The notes: a model not told the origin generated them from the sequence alone. A stretch of 64,000 bases of DNA from Trueperaceae bacterium (GCA_034521815.1 JAXHLW010000012.1:32001-96000); one strand, 5' to 3'; shown: positions 23,134-33,735, counted from the stretch's first letter. A program made the numbers and translations.

Positions 23134-23907
23134 CTAGCCCTCGCGACCCCGAATGCGGTCTCCGACCACCTCGCTCAGGGGCGTCGAGTGCTCGGCGTCG
23201 ATCTCGCCCTTCTCCGGGTCGTAGTGCGTGAAGCCGGGAAACATCTGGATCTCCTTTCCCAGCCAGAAGAAGCGGCCCGTCGGACCGTGCTCGTCCAGGT
23301 TCAAGAGCCACTCGACGGTTCCGTGGCAGGCGCTCGGGGGCAGCGTCCCCGGGTACATCTCGGTCGCGGCCGCGCCGGGCGCGGTGAGGTTGATCTTGAC
23401 GTTCCGGTCCCGGTTCTCGATGGCGGCGGCGACGGTGTAGCCGTTGGAGGCCATGATCGCGCCGTACTGGATGGACCAGCCGCCCGCCGGCACCAGCGTG
23501 GCGGAGCCCGAGAACACCACGAAGCGACCGAAGTCGTGCTCGCGCATGGCGGGCACCAGCTCGCGCAGCAGGATCGCGTGGGCCAGCGCGTCGACGCGCC
23601 AGCCGTAGGCGAGCTCCTCGTTGCTGGCCTCGAGCAGCCGTTTGGTGTTCCAGGCCCCGGCGCAGCTGATCGCGTACGGCACGACGCCGTGCTCGGCGAC
23701 GAGTCCGCGGGCGAACGTCGTCAGCTCGTCGGGGTCGGAGACGTCGAGGCGTACGGGCGTGACGTTCGCCAGGTGCGCGTACGTCTCGCGCATGCGGTCG
23801 ACGCGGCGGGCCGCGGCGATGATCTCGTCGTACTCGCTCGCGAAGCGGTGGACCAGCGAGGCGCCGATGCCGCTGCTGGCGCCGGTGATGAGCAGGACGC
23901 GTCTCAT
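23134..23907 (-). CDS. SDR-family oxidoreductase (atypical active site)
   Basis: ITGASSGIG, LDVSD, PAM..GR, GPTGRFF; YGAIM instead of YxxxK. Confidence 0.8.
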   Translation of the reverse strand: MRRVLLITGASSGIGASLVHRFASEYDEIIAAARRVDRMRETYAHLANVTPVRLDVSDPDELTTFARGLVAEHGVVPYAISCAGAWNTKRLLEASNEELAYGWRVDALAHAILLRELVPAMREHDFGRFVVFSGSATLVPAGGWSIQYGAIMASNGYTVAAAIENRDRNVKINLTAPGAAATEMYPGTLPPSACHGTVEWLLNLDEHGPTGRFFWLGKEIQMFPGFTHYDPEKGEIDAEHSTPLSEVVGDRIRGREG

Positions 23908-24016
23908 GGGGTCTCCTGTCCAAGGTGCGAGGCGTACGGGGCGCTGCGGTCGCGCAGGTGGGGTCCAGTCGACGTTTCGGGACACGGCCATCATGACCCG
24001 CGCTACCGTGGAGGGC

Positions 24017-25843
24017 ATGAACGCCGTCGACGATACTCGTCGTACGCTTCCGTTCGAGCGCTTCGCCGCCGTCCGGCGGATCGGCGAGGCGGCCTATGCC
24101 CCCGACGGCCGCACGTTCGCGTACCTCGCGCCCACCTCGGGGCGCGACCAGCTGTGGCTGCAGCCCAGCGGTGGCGGGTTCGCCGTGCAGGCGACCGAGC
24201 TGCCGGGACGCCGCGTCACGGCGTTCGTGTGGGCACCGGAAGGCGACGCGATCGTCTTTCTCGCCGACCGGGACGGCGACGAGATGCACCAGGTGTTCGT
24301 GCTGGAGCTGACCGACGGTCGACCGGGCTGGCCGCGCCAGGTCACCGACGCGCCGGACGTGCAGCATCATCTGGGCGAGACGTTGCCCGGAGGGCGCGTG
24401 TTGCTCACGGCGAACGACCGCGAGCCGACCGAGATGGACGCGCAGATCCTCGACCTGGCGACCGGACGACGGGATCGGCTCACGGAACGCGGTCAGATGT
24501 ACGCCGCCACCGCCTCGCCCGACGGGGGCCGCGCGCTGATTGTCGAGGTGCGCGGCAACATGGACCAGGATCTGCACGTGATCGACCTGGCGACGCGCCA
24601 GCGGCGTCTGGTCACGCCGCACGAGGGCGAGGCCCAGTGCTGGCCGGGGCCGTGGACGCCGGACGGGCGCAGCGTCTACTTCCGCACCGATCTCGGTCGC
24701 GAGTTCCTGGGACTGGCGCGCTACGACCTGGACCAGGACGGATGGACGTACCTGCACGCGCCCGACCGTGAGGTCGAGGAGGTGGCGCTGTCACGCGACG
24801 GACGGACCCGCCTGACCGTCGAGAACGCGGACGGGGCCAGCGTGGTGCGGGCGCACGACGTCGCTCGCGACGAGCCGCTTCCGGACCCCAGCGTTCCGTT
24901 CGGCGTGATCGAGCACGCCTCGCTCCACCCCAGCGAGCGCCGAGCGCTGTTGACGTTGAGCACGCCGGCGCACGCCGAGAACCTGTTCGAGCTGGACCTG
25001 TCGACCGGCGTGTTGGAGGCGCGCGAGCAGTCGATGCTGGGCGGTCTCGATCCGCGCGGGATGCCTGTGCCCCAGCCGGTGCGCTTCCCGAGCTTCGATC
25101 GCGAGGTGCCTGCGTGGCTGTACCGGCCGGCCGGTGACGGCCCGTTCCCCGTGCTGCTCTCGGTCCACGGCGGACCCGAGGCGCAGGAGCGGCCCGAGTA
25201 CCGCTACGGCGGCCTGTACGCCTACCTGGTGAGTCGCGGCGTGGCGGTGCTCGCCCCGAACATTCGGGGCTCGACCGGCTACGGCAAGGCGTGGCAGAAG
25301 GCGATCCACCGCGACTGGGGCGGCGACGAGCTGCGCGATATCGAGGCGGCCGCCGACTGGCTGGCGGACCGGCCGTGGTGCGACGCGACGCGCATCGGCG
25401 TGTTCGGCGGGTCGTTCGGCGGGTTCGCGACGCTGTCGGCCGTGAGCCGGCTTCCGGACCGCTGGGCCGTGGGCGTCGACATCGTGGGTCCGTCCAACCT
25501 GGCGACCTTCGCGGCCAGCGTCCCGCCGCACTGGCGGCCGCTGATGGCCGCATTGGTCGGCGATCCCGACGATCCCGACGATCGCGAGATGCTGCTGGCG
25601 CGCTCGCCGATCAGGTACGTCGATCGGATCCGCGTCCCCATGCTGATCTTCCAAGGCGCCAACGATCCGCGCGTGGTGCAGGCCGAGAGCGACCAGATGG
25701 TCGCTGCGCTGCGCGACCGCGGCCTCGAGGTCGAGTACGTCGTGGACGAGCACAGTGGGCACGGCCCCGCCGACCGCGAGACGGCGCTGACCTGGTACGG
25801 GACCGTCGCGAGGTTCCTCGTGCGGCACCTCGAGCCCGGCTGA
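24017..25843 (+). CDS. S9 prolyl-oligopeptidase-family peptidase (beta-propeller plus catalytic domain)
   Basis: VHGGPE, PNIRGSTGYG, GGSFGG, QGANDPRV, GHG. Confidence 0.92.
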   Translation: MNAVDDTRRTLPFERFAAVRRIGEAAYAPDGRTFAYLAPTSGRDQLWLQPSGGGFAVQATELPGRRVTAFVWAPEGDAIVFLADRDGDEMHQVFVLELTDGRPGWPRQVTDAPDVQHHLGETLPGGRVLLTANDREPTEMDAQILDLATGRRDRLTERGQMYAATASPDGGRALIVEVRGNMDQDLHVIDLATRQRRLVTPHEGEAQCWPGPWTPDGRSVYFRTDLGREFLGLARYDLDQDGWTYLHAPDREVEEVALSRDGRTRLTVENADGASVVRAHDVARDEPLPDPSVPFGVIEHASLHPSERRALLTLSTPAHAENLFELDLSTGVLEAREQSMLGGLDPRGMPVPQPVRFPSFDREVPAWLYRPAGDGPFPVLLSVHGGPEAQERPEYRYGGLYAYLVSRGVAVLAPNIRGSTGYGKAWQKAIHRDWGGDELRDIEAAADWLADRPWCDATRIGVFGGSFGGFATLSAVSRLPDRWAVGVDIVGPSNLATFAASVPPHWRPLMAALVGDPDDPDDREMLLARSPIRYVDRIRVPMLIFQGANDPRVVQAESDQMVAALRDRGLEVEYVVDEHSGHGPADRETALTWYGTVARFLVRHLEPG

Positions 25844-25903
25844 GATCCCGTCCCACCCGAACCCGAGGAGGCGTACGCGGAATCGACTACGCCGAATCGA
25901 CGC

Positions 25904-27211
25904 TCAGTCGCCGCGCGCGCGGCGCACGACGGCGTGCCAGACGAGGCCGGCGACCAGCAGCGCCATCCCCGCCGCCAGCACGGTCGGATCGACGAAGAGC
26001 GCCAGCGTCAGGCAGGAGGTCAGGCCGGCGACCGACACCCAGCGGGGGAAGCGGCGGGCCTCGGGCGGGAGCCGTAGCGCGGCGAGGTTGGTGATCGCGT
26101 AGTACACCAGCACGGTGAAGGCGCTGAACGACCAGGTGGTCCGGACGTCGCCGAGAAGCGCCAGGCCTGCGATCAGGATGCCGACCGCGACGACGGCGGG
26201 GACGGGGGTGGTGCCGGACGTGTTCACGCGGGCGAACAGGGCGGGCACGTCGCGCCGCCGCCCCATGGCCAGGAGGACGCGGGAGAGGCCGAGGATCAGG
26301 TTCAGCAGGACGCCCACCATGGCGGTGACCGCTCCGATCGCCAGGACGTGGGGTGCGAACGGCACGCCGAAGCTGGCGGCGGCGGTTTCGAGGGGGGCGG
26401 TGCGGGCGCTCACGGCGGACAGCGCGTCGCTGCCGGCCGTGCCGACGCCGACGGTCGCGACGGCGGCGTAGAGGAGCATCACCACGACCAGTGCCGTCAC
26501 GACCGCTCGGGGGATGGTGCGCGCGGGGTCGCGGACCTCTTCGCCGAGGGTGGCGATGCGGCCGTAGCCGGTGTACGCGACGAACATGAGGGCGGAGGCG
26601 TAGAGAAGCGCGGGCAGGTCGCCGCGGCCCGGCTCGGGGTCGAAGAACGGCGAGAAGGCTGCGCCGCCTCGCTCGATCAGGGTGGGCGTCCCGGCCACCA
26701 CGAAGAACGCCAGGCTGGCGAGGGTGATGGCGACGATGGCGACGTTGGTGACGTTGGAGCGGCGGATGCCGGCGAGGACGACGCCGGTGAGGACGGCGAC
26801 GAGCAGCACGGCCAGCGGCACCAGCGGTGCCTGCGCTTCGATCCCGAACGCGCCCAGCGTGTAGCCGGCGAACCCCAGCGCGGCGGTGGCGGCCGACGCG
26901 CTCTTGGCCAGGAGGAAGGTCCAGCCGGCGGTGAAGCCCAGGCGGGGCGTGAGGTAGCGGTAGCCGTACTCGTAGGTGCCGCCGGAGACGGGGTGGGCGG
27001 CGGCGAGCTGGGCGCTGGAGAGACCGTTGAAGGTGGCGACGGCGGCTCCGATGGCGATGGCCAGGACGACGGACGGTCCGGTGATGCCGGCGGCGACGCC
27101 GATCGAGACGAACACGCCGGTGCCGACGATGCTGCCGAGGCCCATCATCACGGCGCCGAACGTGCCCAGCTCGCGGCGCAGGCGGCCCGAGCGTGCGGAG
27201 TCTTCAGCCAT
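25904..27211 (-). CDS. APC-family amino acid permease
   Basis: LRRELG, GSIVGTGVF, HPVSGGTYEY, FVAYTGY, GEEVRDP..TIP; ATG 27211 preceded by GAGG. Confidence 0.9.
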   Translation of the reverse strand: MAEDSARSGRLRRELGTFGAVMMGLGSIVGTGVFVSIGVAAGITGPSVVLAIAIGAAVATFNGLSSAQLAAAHPVSGGTYEYGYRYLTPRLGFTAGWTFLLAKSASAATAALGFAGYTLGAFGIEAQAPLVPLAVLLVAVLTGVVLAGIRRSNVTNVAIVAITLASLAFFVVAGTPTLIERGGAAFSPFFDPEPGRGDLPALLYASALMFVAYTGYGRIATLGEEVRDPARTIPRAVVTALVVVMLLYAAVATVGVGTAGSDALSAVSARTAPLETAAASFGVPFAPHVLAIGAVTAMVGVLLNLILGLSRVLLAMGRRRDVPALFARVNTSGTTPVPAVVAVGILIAGLALLGDVRTTWSFSAFTVLVYYAITNLAALRLPPEARRFPRWVSVAGLTSCLTLALFVDPTVLAAGMALLVAGLVWHAVVRRARGD

Positions 27212-28348
27212 CCTCGTCCAATTCTTCCGCGTCGCGGATCGTGGCGGGCCCCGCACCGTGCAGCACCTCGTCGGCCAGCTCGCGCAGCAAGGCGCCGGCT
27301 TCGTCGAGGTCTTGTGGCGAACCTCGAGGATCGCGATCTTGGTGGAGTGGTTGAACGGTGCGGGGTCGACGACGGGCTCGGTCCGGCGGGTGGACGGGTA
27401 GCCGGTGACGTCGCCTGGCACGTCGATCGTCCGCTCGATCGTCATCCAGCCGCCGGTGCACAGCCCCTCGAGCTCCGCCATGAACGCCGCGCCCGACACG
27501 AACAGCGAGTTGTTCACGAGGGCCAGCCTGCCTCCGCTACGGATCAGCGGCCGGACCTTGTTGACCAGACGGGCGACGTTCCGCTCCAGGTCCACCGTGC
27601 CGCCCGGCGTGCTCGAAAAGAACGGCGGGTCGAGGATCGCCAAGTCGTAGCGGGCGTCCTGAAGCTTCTGGCCGCGCACGAACGAGAAGAAGTCGCGCGC
27701 TTGGAAGTCCTTGCGCTCGATTCCGAAGCCGTTGAGCGTGTACGACCTCTTCGCCACGTTCAAGAAGCGACGGTTCAAGTCGGTGTGCAGCACCCGTGCG
27801 GCCCCTCCGGCGCGGGCCGCCACGCCCAGGCTGCCGGTGTAGGCGAACGTGTTCAGCACGGTCGCCCCCTCGGCGTGGTCGATCAGCCAGCGACGCAGCT
27901 CGCGCGTGTCCAGGTAGAAGCTCGCGTCCTGGTTCATGCGCAGGTCCACGGCGTAGCGGACGCCGTGCTCGTGCACGTCGCTGGCCACCCCTGGCCCGTC
28001 CGGATCCTCGAACGCGACGCGCCCCTGGCGCTCCAGGTCGGTCGTCCCGTCGCGCTCCTTCACGACGATCGCCTGCAGCCAGGGGAGCTGGGTACGGAGC
28101 CTGTCGATCAGCGCGCCCACGTCCGAAGCGGCGTTCACGGTGGAGGCGGGGGCGTCGGCGTCCGACGGGGACGGGGACGGGCGATGGAACACCACGGCCG
28201 TCGTCGCGTACACGTCCACGACGTAGCGCGCGTCGCCCTCGAGGTGTCCGTTGAACGCCCGGAAGGCGGTCCGGTGCGACGGCTCGATCAGGGGCGATCG
28301 CGCATCGATGGCGCTGGCTAGAAGGTCGGGCTGCGTCGGGGATGGCAC
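27204..28348 (-). CDS. RlmI/RlmK-like class I SAM methyltransferase (frameshift near 27310)
   Basis: FYLDTRELR, VLNTFAYTGS, ILDPPFFS; corrected frame ends at TGA 27204, overlapping the permease ATG. Confidence 0.8.
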
Positions 28349-28406
28349 GCCGCGATTGTGCCACCGATCGACGGTTCACGAGTTGGGCCCGTGTCGCCGC
28401 GGGGCG

Positions 28407-28758
28407 CTACGACTCGCGGAAGGTGGCGTTCGCCTTGCGCATGATCGCCATCACGTCGTCCGCTTTCTCGTCGGACGCTTCCACCGCCAGCAGGACGCTG
28501 TCGTCCCCCGAGCGCTTCCTCGTAGAACGCGGCTTCCTCCTGGTCGACGCCCAAGCGCGTCAGCTCGTTCGAGACGCCGCCCGCGCCGAACCCCACCGCG
28601 CGGAACAGCGATCCCAGGACGCCCTGCCCGTCCGACGCGTGCTGCTGGCGACGGATGGGGTGCAGGTCGCCCTGCTCGACGCCGGTCTCGACCAGCTGGC
28701 TGATGGCCCGTTGCGCGTCCTCGCCGGACTCGAAGATGCCGATGGTGATCGTGCTCAT
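28407..28758 (-). CDS. General-stress-protein-like small protein (frameshift in a G run near 28507)
   Basis: TIGIFESGEDAQRAISQL..G, LTRLGVDQEEAAFYEEAL..VLLAVEA; RBS GGAGG. Confidence 0.65.
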
Positions 28759-28952
28759 GCCGACCTCCCGTTGGTACGTGCTGGCGCTCGTGCTGGCTGG
28801 GCGAATGGAACGGAGCCGATTTTGCGGTCCGTGGTTCGCCCGTTCCGCACTGGTCTGGGCGCTCCTCCGTTCACCGTAGCGCCCAGGCGCGCCGGGGGCT
28901 GTGACCGCGTCGAACGAGACCCGATCTCGGCGATGGCTTGACGCATTGACGT

Positions 28953-28968
28953 TCAAATGATCTATTGA
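28953..28968. promoter_or_regulatory. TCAA-N8-TTGA inverted repeat, candidate ArsR operator
   Basis: tcaaatgatctattga immediately before ATG 28973; TTGACG at 28938 and 28946. Confidence 0.55.
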
Positions 28969-28972
28969 CGAT

Positions 28973-29656
28973 ATGAACGAGCCGAACCGCTCCTCGCCCA
29001 AGCAGGCGGTGTACGAACGGCTGGCGCAGGTGCCGCAGGCCCTCTCCAGCGGCCCGCGGCTGGAGCTGTTGGACCTTCTCGCCCAGGGCGAGAAGACGGT
29101 CGCGACCCTGGCGCGCCAGGCGGACCTCAGCGTCGCGAACGCCAGCCAGCACCTCCAGGTGTTGCGGCGGGCCGGTCTGGCGGCCGTGCGCCGCGACGGC
29201 CGCCAGGCGTTCTACAGCTTGGCGGGAGACGACGTGCAGCGGCTCGTGCAGGCGGTCCGCGCCGTCGGGGAGACACGCCTCGCCGAGATGGATCGCCTGC
29301 TGGACGCCCTGCACGCCGGTAGCGGCGAGGCGGTGACGACCGTCGAGCTGCGCGAGCGGCTTTCCGCCGGCGACACGATCCTCCTGGACGTGCGACCGGC
29401 CGACCAGTTCGGAGCGGGCCACCTGCCCGGCGCCTGGTCGATCCCGATCGGCGAGCTCGAAGCGCGCCTCGAGGAGCTGCCGCCAGACGTCGACGTCGTG
29501 GCGTACTGTCGAGGGCCGCACTGCGCGACTCTCGGACCGCGCGGTTCAGCTGTTGACGACAGCGGACGGACGGCCCGCCGCCTGCGCGAAGGCGTTGCCG
29601 ACTGGCGCTCGGAAGGGCTTCCGGTCGAAACGGCTTCCGTCGCTGGAGACGGGTGA
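28973..29656 (+). CDS. ArsR/SmtB HTH fused to a rhodanese domain
   Basis: ALSSGPRLELLDLLAQGE..ANASQHLQVL; LLDVRP, GHLPGA, YCRGPHC. Confidence 0.9.
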   Translation: MNEPNRSSPKQAVYERLAQVPQALSSGPRLELLDLLAQGEKTVATLARQADLSVANASQHLQVLRRAGLAAVRRDGRQAFYSLAGDDVQRLVQAVRAVGETRLAEMDRLLDALHAGSGEAVTTVELRERLSAGDTILLDVRPADQFGAGHLPGAWSIPIGELEARLEELPPDVDVVAYCRGPHCATLGPRGSAVDDSGRTARRLREGVADWRSEGLPVETASVAGDG

Positions 29657-29672
29657 AGGACGCGCCACGGCG

Positions 29673-30920
29673 ATGAGGGACAGGGTCGGCGCGGCGCGCG
29701 ACGCCGGGAGAACGAACGCCGCGGGGCACGCGAGGCCGCGTCCCCTCAGGGTTCGGACCGGCTTCTGGCTGCTCGCCCTGATCAACCTGTTCGTGGGCTC
29801 GATGGTGGGTCTCGAGCGGACGGCGCTGCCGCTGGTGGCCCAGCAGGACTTCGCTCTCCGCAGCGGCGCGGCGGTCGGCGGTTTCGTCGTCGCGTTCGCG
29901 GCCGCGAAGGCCGTCATGAACCTGCTGGCGGGCGCGACCGCGGACCGCCTTGGACGCAAGCGCGTCTTGGTGCTGGGATGGCTCGTATCGCTACCGGTCG
30001 CTCCGCTGCTGGCGTGGGCGCCGTCATGGGACGTGGTGATCGCGGCGAACGTGCTCCTGGGGGCGGGCCAGGCGCTGACCTGGTCGATGACCGCGAACAT
30101 GATGGTGGACCTGATGCCGTCCAGCCGACGCGGGTTCGCCGCCGGGATGAACGAGTTCGCAGGCTACCTGGGCGTCGCCGCGACGGCGTTCCTGACCGGT
30201 CTGATCGCCTCGCAGGCGGGCCTCAGGCCGTGGCCGTTCGTGCTGGGCGTCGCGCTGACCGCGATCGGCCTGGCGCTGTCGCTGGCCGCGCCCGAAACTG
30301 CGCCGACCGGCCGCGCGCCGCCGCTCCGTTGGGGTGCGGGCGTCGGCGTTCCGAGCGCGCTGGGTCTCGCCACGAACCTCAAGGACGGCCGGGTGGGGCT
30401 GTCGCTGCCGTTGCTGCTGGAGGGGCGCGGCTTCGGTGCTGCCACCAGATCGGGCTGGTGGCCGGCCTGTACCCGCTGGTCTGGGCCGCCGGCCAGCCGC
30501 TGTTCGGGCCGCTGTCCGACCGGATCGGACGGCGCGGACCGGTGGCGGTCGGGATGGCGCTGCAAGGCGCCGGCTTGGGGCTGCTGGCGGTCGCCACCAC
30601 GCTTCCCGCGGCGCTGACGGCCGCGACGATTTTGGGCCTCGGCACGGGCATGGCGTACCCGGTGCTGATCGCGCTGGTCGCCGACCGCGTCGCGCCGGCG
30701 GAGCGCGCCACCGCGCTGGGCATCTACCGCTTCTTTCGAGACGGAGGCTACGCCGTGGGCGCGCTGGTGGCGGGCGTCGGCTTGGCGCAGCTAGGAGCCG
30801 CGACCGCCTGGACCGGGGTCGCGTTCGTGCCGCTGGCGATCCTCGCCTGGCGGAACGGGGCCGGGACCGACCCGGCGGACGCATCGGTGAGTCGGCGAGC
30901 GAAGCTCGCGGAGGAGGTCC
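29673..30920 (+). CDS. MFS transporter (frameshifted near 30440; 3' end uncertain)
   Basis: FVGSMVGLERT, ADRLGRKR, NEFAGY, SDRIGRR, GIYRFFRDGGY. Confidence 0.8.
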
Positions 30921-30922
30921 CC

Positions 30923-31287
30923 GTGACCGTGCTGATCATCCTGGAACCACCCGCCCTACGGAACGGAGCGGTCGGTACAACGGGCTGCGGCTGGCCCGCC
31001 GAGCTCGAGCAAGAACGCGACGACGTGCGCCTGCGGCTGTTCCTGATGGCGCGACGCGCGTCGGTTGCGGCAAGGACGGCCAGAGCACGCCGAACGGCTA
31101 CTGCAACGTGGCGCGGATGGTCCGCTCGGGTCGCCCGCAAGGGCGCCGAGGCGGGCGCCGGCCGGCACCTGCATGGACGGGCGCGGCCTGAGCGACGACC
31201 AGAGCTGCTGGACGGGCGCGCACCGCAGCACGATGGACGAGCTGGGCGCCTGGACGGTGGAGGCGGACAAGGTGATCGCGCTTCTGA
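30923..31287 (+). CDS. DsrE/YchN-family protein (several frameshifts)
   Basis: Pieces VLIIL, PPYGTER, YNGLRLA, LFLM, GQSTPNGY, GTCMDGRG, STMDELGAWTVEADKVI; RBS GGAGGAGG. Confidence 0.75.
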
Positions 31288-31600
31288 GCAGCCGTCTTGG
31301 TTGTCCGGGCGGAGATCGGTCGTGGCTCGTAGCTGCGGCCGGCCTTCACGATGGCGTTGAGGATGAGGAGGAGCTTCGCGCACGCAGCGGTCAGGGCGAC
31401 CTTCGCGAGCTTCCCGGCGCGTTCGAGGTCCGCCTGATCGCCAACCGCCGGGTCGCCACGCGAGACGTCGAGATCGCCGGGCACCGCATCGGCCGGGCGA
31501 CCGCGTCCGCATCGTATGGCCGTTCGGCGAACCGCGGCGACGAGCGTGTGGCTTTCGCACGCGCCGTTCCGCTGCGAATGAGCCGCGGGCCAGGCCACGC
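31287..31600 (-). mobile_element. IS110-family transposase 3' remnant with a probable right end
   Basis: RAGKLAKVALTAACAKLLLILNAIVKAGRSYEP resembles the IS110 C-terminal motif; followed by GACAACCAAGACGGCTGCT; no DEDD domain. Confidence 0.6.
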
Positions 31601-31604
31601 GGCG

Positions 31605-31967
31605 TCAGATCGACGACCAGCCCAGCTGTTCGCGTCCAGCTGGAAGGATGCGATCCGGGGTCCACGGCGGATCCCAGACCAGCTGGACGTCGACGATGCC
31701 GACGCCTGGGATCGCGCCCAGGCGCTGCTCCACGTCGTGTCGGATCACGCCGTGCAGGGGGCAGCCGGGCGTGGTGAGCGTCATCATGACGGTGGCCGTG
31801 TCGCCCACGAGGTGCACCTCGTACACCAGGCCCAGGCTGATCACGTCCAGCCCGAGCTCCGGATCGATCACCGCCTGCAGGCCGTCCAGGACGGCCTCCG
31901 CGTCGGCGGCTGCTGCGTCGTCCAAGACGAGCACGCCTCGGCGCGTCGTCGCTGCGGGGTCGGTCAT
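31605..31967 (-). CDS. DUF59 / SufT-PaaD-like metal-sulfur cluster assembly factor
   Basis: VIDPELGLDVISLGLVY, MTLTTPGCP, LVWDPPWTP. Confidence 0.9.
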   Translation of the reverse strand: MTDPAATTRRGVLVLDDAAAADAEAVLDGLQAVIDPELGLDVISLGLVYEVHLVGDTATVMMTLTTPGCPLHGVIRHDVEQRLGAIPGVGIVDVQLVWDPPWTPDRILPAGREQLGWSSI

Positions 31968-33358
31968 GCGCGATGTCCTTTCCAGCCCGGCGGGGCGGCC
32001 GGGGTGACGAGGTCGTCGGCCCGCGTCTGCGCGGTCCGGGGCCGGTGCCGGCCGGCCACGATCCACGCCAGGTGGGCCACCAGGCTCCAGCCGCCGATCG
32101 AGCCCACCGTCGCTGCGAGGCGCGCGAGTCCGAGAAGCTCCGGCGGCGGCGGCGCGGCGGCGTCGCCGTGGGCCAGCCGGACGCCGGCCAGGAGCAGCGA
32201 CGCGGCCAGCAAGCAGCCGGCCGTGATCCATCCCAGCGCGGGGACCGTCATGTCGGCCAGCATCGGGATCGTGGTCGTGCGCGACGGATCGCGTCCCACG
32301 AGCGGTGCGTAGCGGTGCTGCCAAGCGAGGAAGCCCACGATCTTGACCATCATTCCGCCGATGGCGAGCGCCAGACCGCCGGTCAGCAGCAACGCGATCG
32401 CATCGGCCGGCCGTCCGAACGCCAGGAGCGTCCAGGCCGGCACGAACATGAGCACGCCGATCAGGAAGGTCGTCACGCCAACGTCGGTCCGCTTTCGCAT
32501 CCGACGCGTCAGGATGGCGCGAACGTCGATGATCAACGCCGCCAACGCCACGCCCAGCGCGACGGTCACGCCGCGTGCGAGCCAGTCCGTCCCGCCGGCG
32601 CCCGCGAACGACGTGGCCCGCCACGAGCCGGGCGTCCACGCCCCGATCGCCGCCAGCAGCACCGCCGCCCCGACCGCTCCAGAGACCCAGCGGAGCGGAC
32701 GATCCGAGGCGCCGTGCGAGAGCACGAACATCGACAGCAGCTTGTGGCCCGCCCCCGCGATCGCCAGCACGAACGCGCCGATCAGCCCCAAGGTGAGGTG
32801 CAGCGGGCGGACCGGACCCAGCGCCATGGCGACCCACGGAACGATCCGGCCCAGCGCGATCGCGGCGCCCAGCGCAACGGTGCCCCACAGCGCCGCTGCG
32901 GAGGCGAGCACGGCTCCGGCGACCGCGTCCACGCGGCGGGCGGTCCGCACGGTCGCGACGAGATTGACCAGCAGGATCGTCGCGCCGATCAGCACCAGCG
33001 TGCCGCCGATCGCCAGCCATGCCGGCCGCGAGCCGGTCGCGAACCCGATGACGATCGCGAGCGAGCCTGCGCTGGACGTGGCCCACGTCGCGGCGCCCCA
33101 GCCCGGGGCGCACAACCGCGTGATCAGCAGCACCGGAACGAGCTGGTGCAACGCGCCGATCAGCACGCTGGCACCGAAGCCCAGCGTGAACACGTGAACG
33201 ATCGCCAGCACGCCCGGCACCGCGGGGTGGGCGAGGAGCAGTTCAGGTCGCAGCGCCAGCCCGGTCCAGAACGCCGCCAGGGACAGGGCGCCGACCGTCA
33301 TGAACCGTGCGGGAACGCTGAACGGAACGGCGTTGTCGCCACCCATCGCCCCCGTCAC
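31964..33358 (-). CDS. Polytopic His-containing membrane protein (heme-copper-oxidase-subunit-I/NnrS-like, uncharacterised)
   Basis: About 12 TM; HVFTLGF..GALHQLVPV, HLTLGLIG..GAGHKLLSMF, GMMVKIVGFLAWQHRY. Confidence 0.7.
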   Translation of the reverse strand: MTGAMGGDNAVPFSVPARFMTVGALSLAAFWTGLALRPELLLAHPAVPGVLAIVHVFTLGFGASVLIGALHQLVPVLLITRLCAPGWGAATWATSSAGSLAIVIGFATGSRPAWLAIGGTLVLIGATILLVNLVATVRTARRVDAVAGAVLASAAALWGTVALGAAIALGRIVPWVAMALGPVRPLHLTLGLIGAFVLAIAGAGHKLLSMFVLSHGASDRPLRWVSGAVGAAVLLAAIGAWTPGSWRATSFAGAGGTDWLARGVTVALGVALAALIIDVRAILTRRMRKRTDVGVTTFLIGVLMFVPAWTLLAFGRPADAIALLLTGGLALAIGGMMVKIVGFLAWQHRYAPLVGRDPSRTTTIPMLADMTVPALGWITAGCLLAASLLLAGVRLAHGDAAAPPPPELLGLARLAATVGSIGGWSLVAHLAWIVAGRHRPRTAQTRADDLVTPAAPPGWKGHRA

Positions 33359-33651
33359 GGCGCTTCGGACTCGGGGTCCCCGGCGTCCGCCTGGGCGCGC
33401 CGAATCGTCACGACGGCGTCGCCGTCCGGGCGTTCGTCGATCTCGAAGGTGGCGCCGCGAGCCTCGAGCTGGGGCAGCAGGTAGACCGGCACGCGGTCGT
33501 TGTGGATGGTCAGCCGCTGACCGGGCTCCAGCCGCTCGAACGCCTCGAGGGTGCGCACCATCGGGAGGGGCGGCTCGAGCCCGCGATTGTCGAGGAATAC
33601 CGTGGCGTCGCCGGTGTCGTCGCGAGGCCCGTGACCTGCATCGGACGTCAT
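33355..33651 (-). CDS. DUF2249 (TusA-like) protein
   Basis: LDNRGLEPPLPMVRTL, IHNDRVPVYLLPQL. Confidence 0.85.
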   Translation of the reverse strand: MTSDAGHGPRDDTGDATVFLDNRGLEPPLPMVRTLEAFERLEPGQRLTIHNDRVPVYLLPQLEARGATFEIDERPDGDAVVTIRRAQADAGDPESEAP

Positions 33652-33682
33652 GCGCCGAGGGTAGTCGCGGCGCGAATCCTGA

Positions 33683-33702
33683 GCCATGACCTCGGTCATG
33701 GC
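33683..33702. promoter_or_regulatory. CRP/FNR-like palindromic box, copy 1 (between divergent genes)
   Basis: gccatgacctcggtcatggc; centre -41.5 to ATG 33651 and -43.5 to ATG 33736. Confidence 0.75.
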
Positions 33703-33735
33703 GCCCGCGCGGTGGCCGCCGCCATCCTCGGGCTC

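Noticed and set aside
25904-28348. Apparent 814-aa methyltransferase-permease fusion
   Set aside because: One added base near 27310 gives a natural tail (HKDLDEAGALLRELADE..) ending at TGA 27204, overlapping the permease ATG; most likely a frameshift artefact
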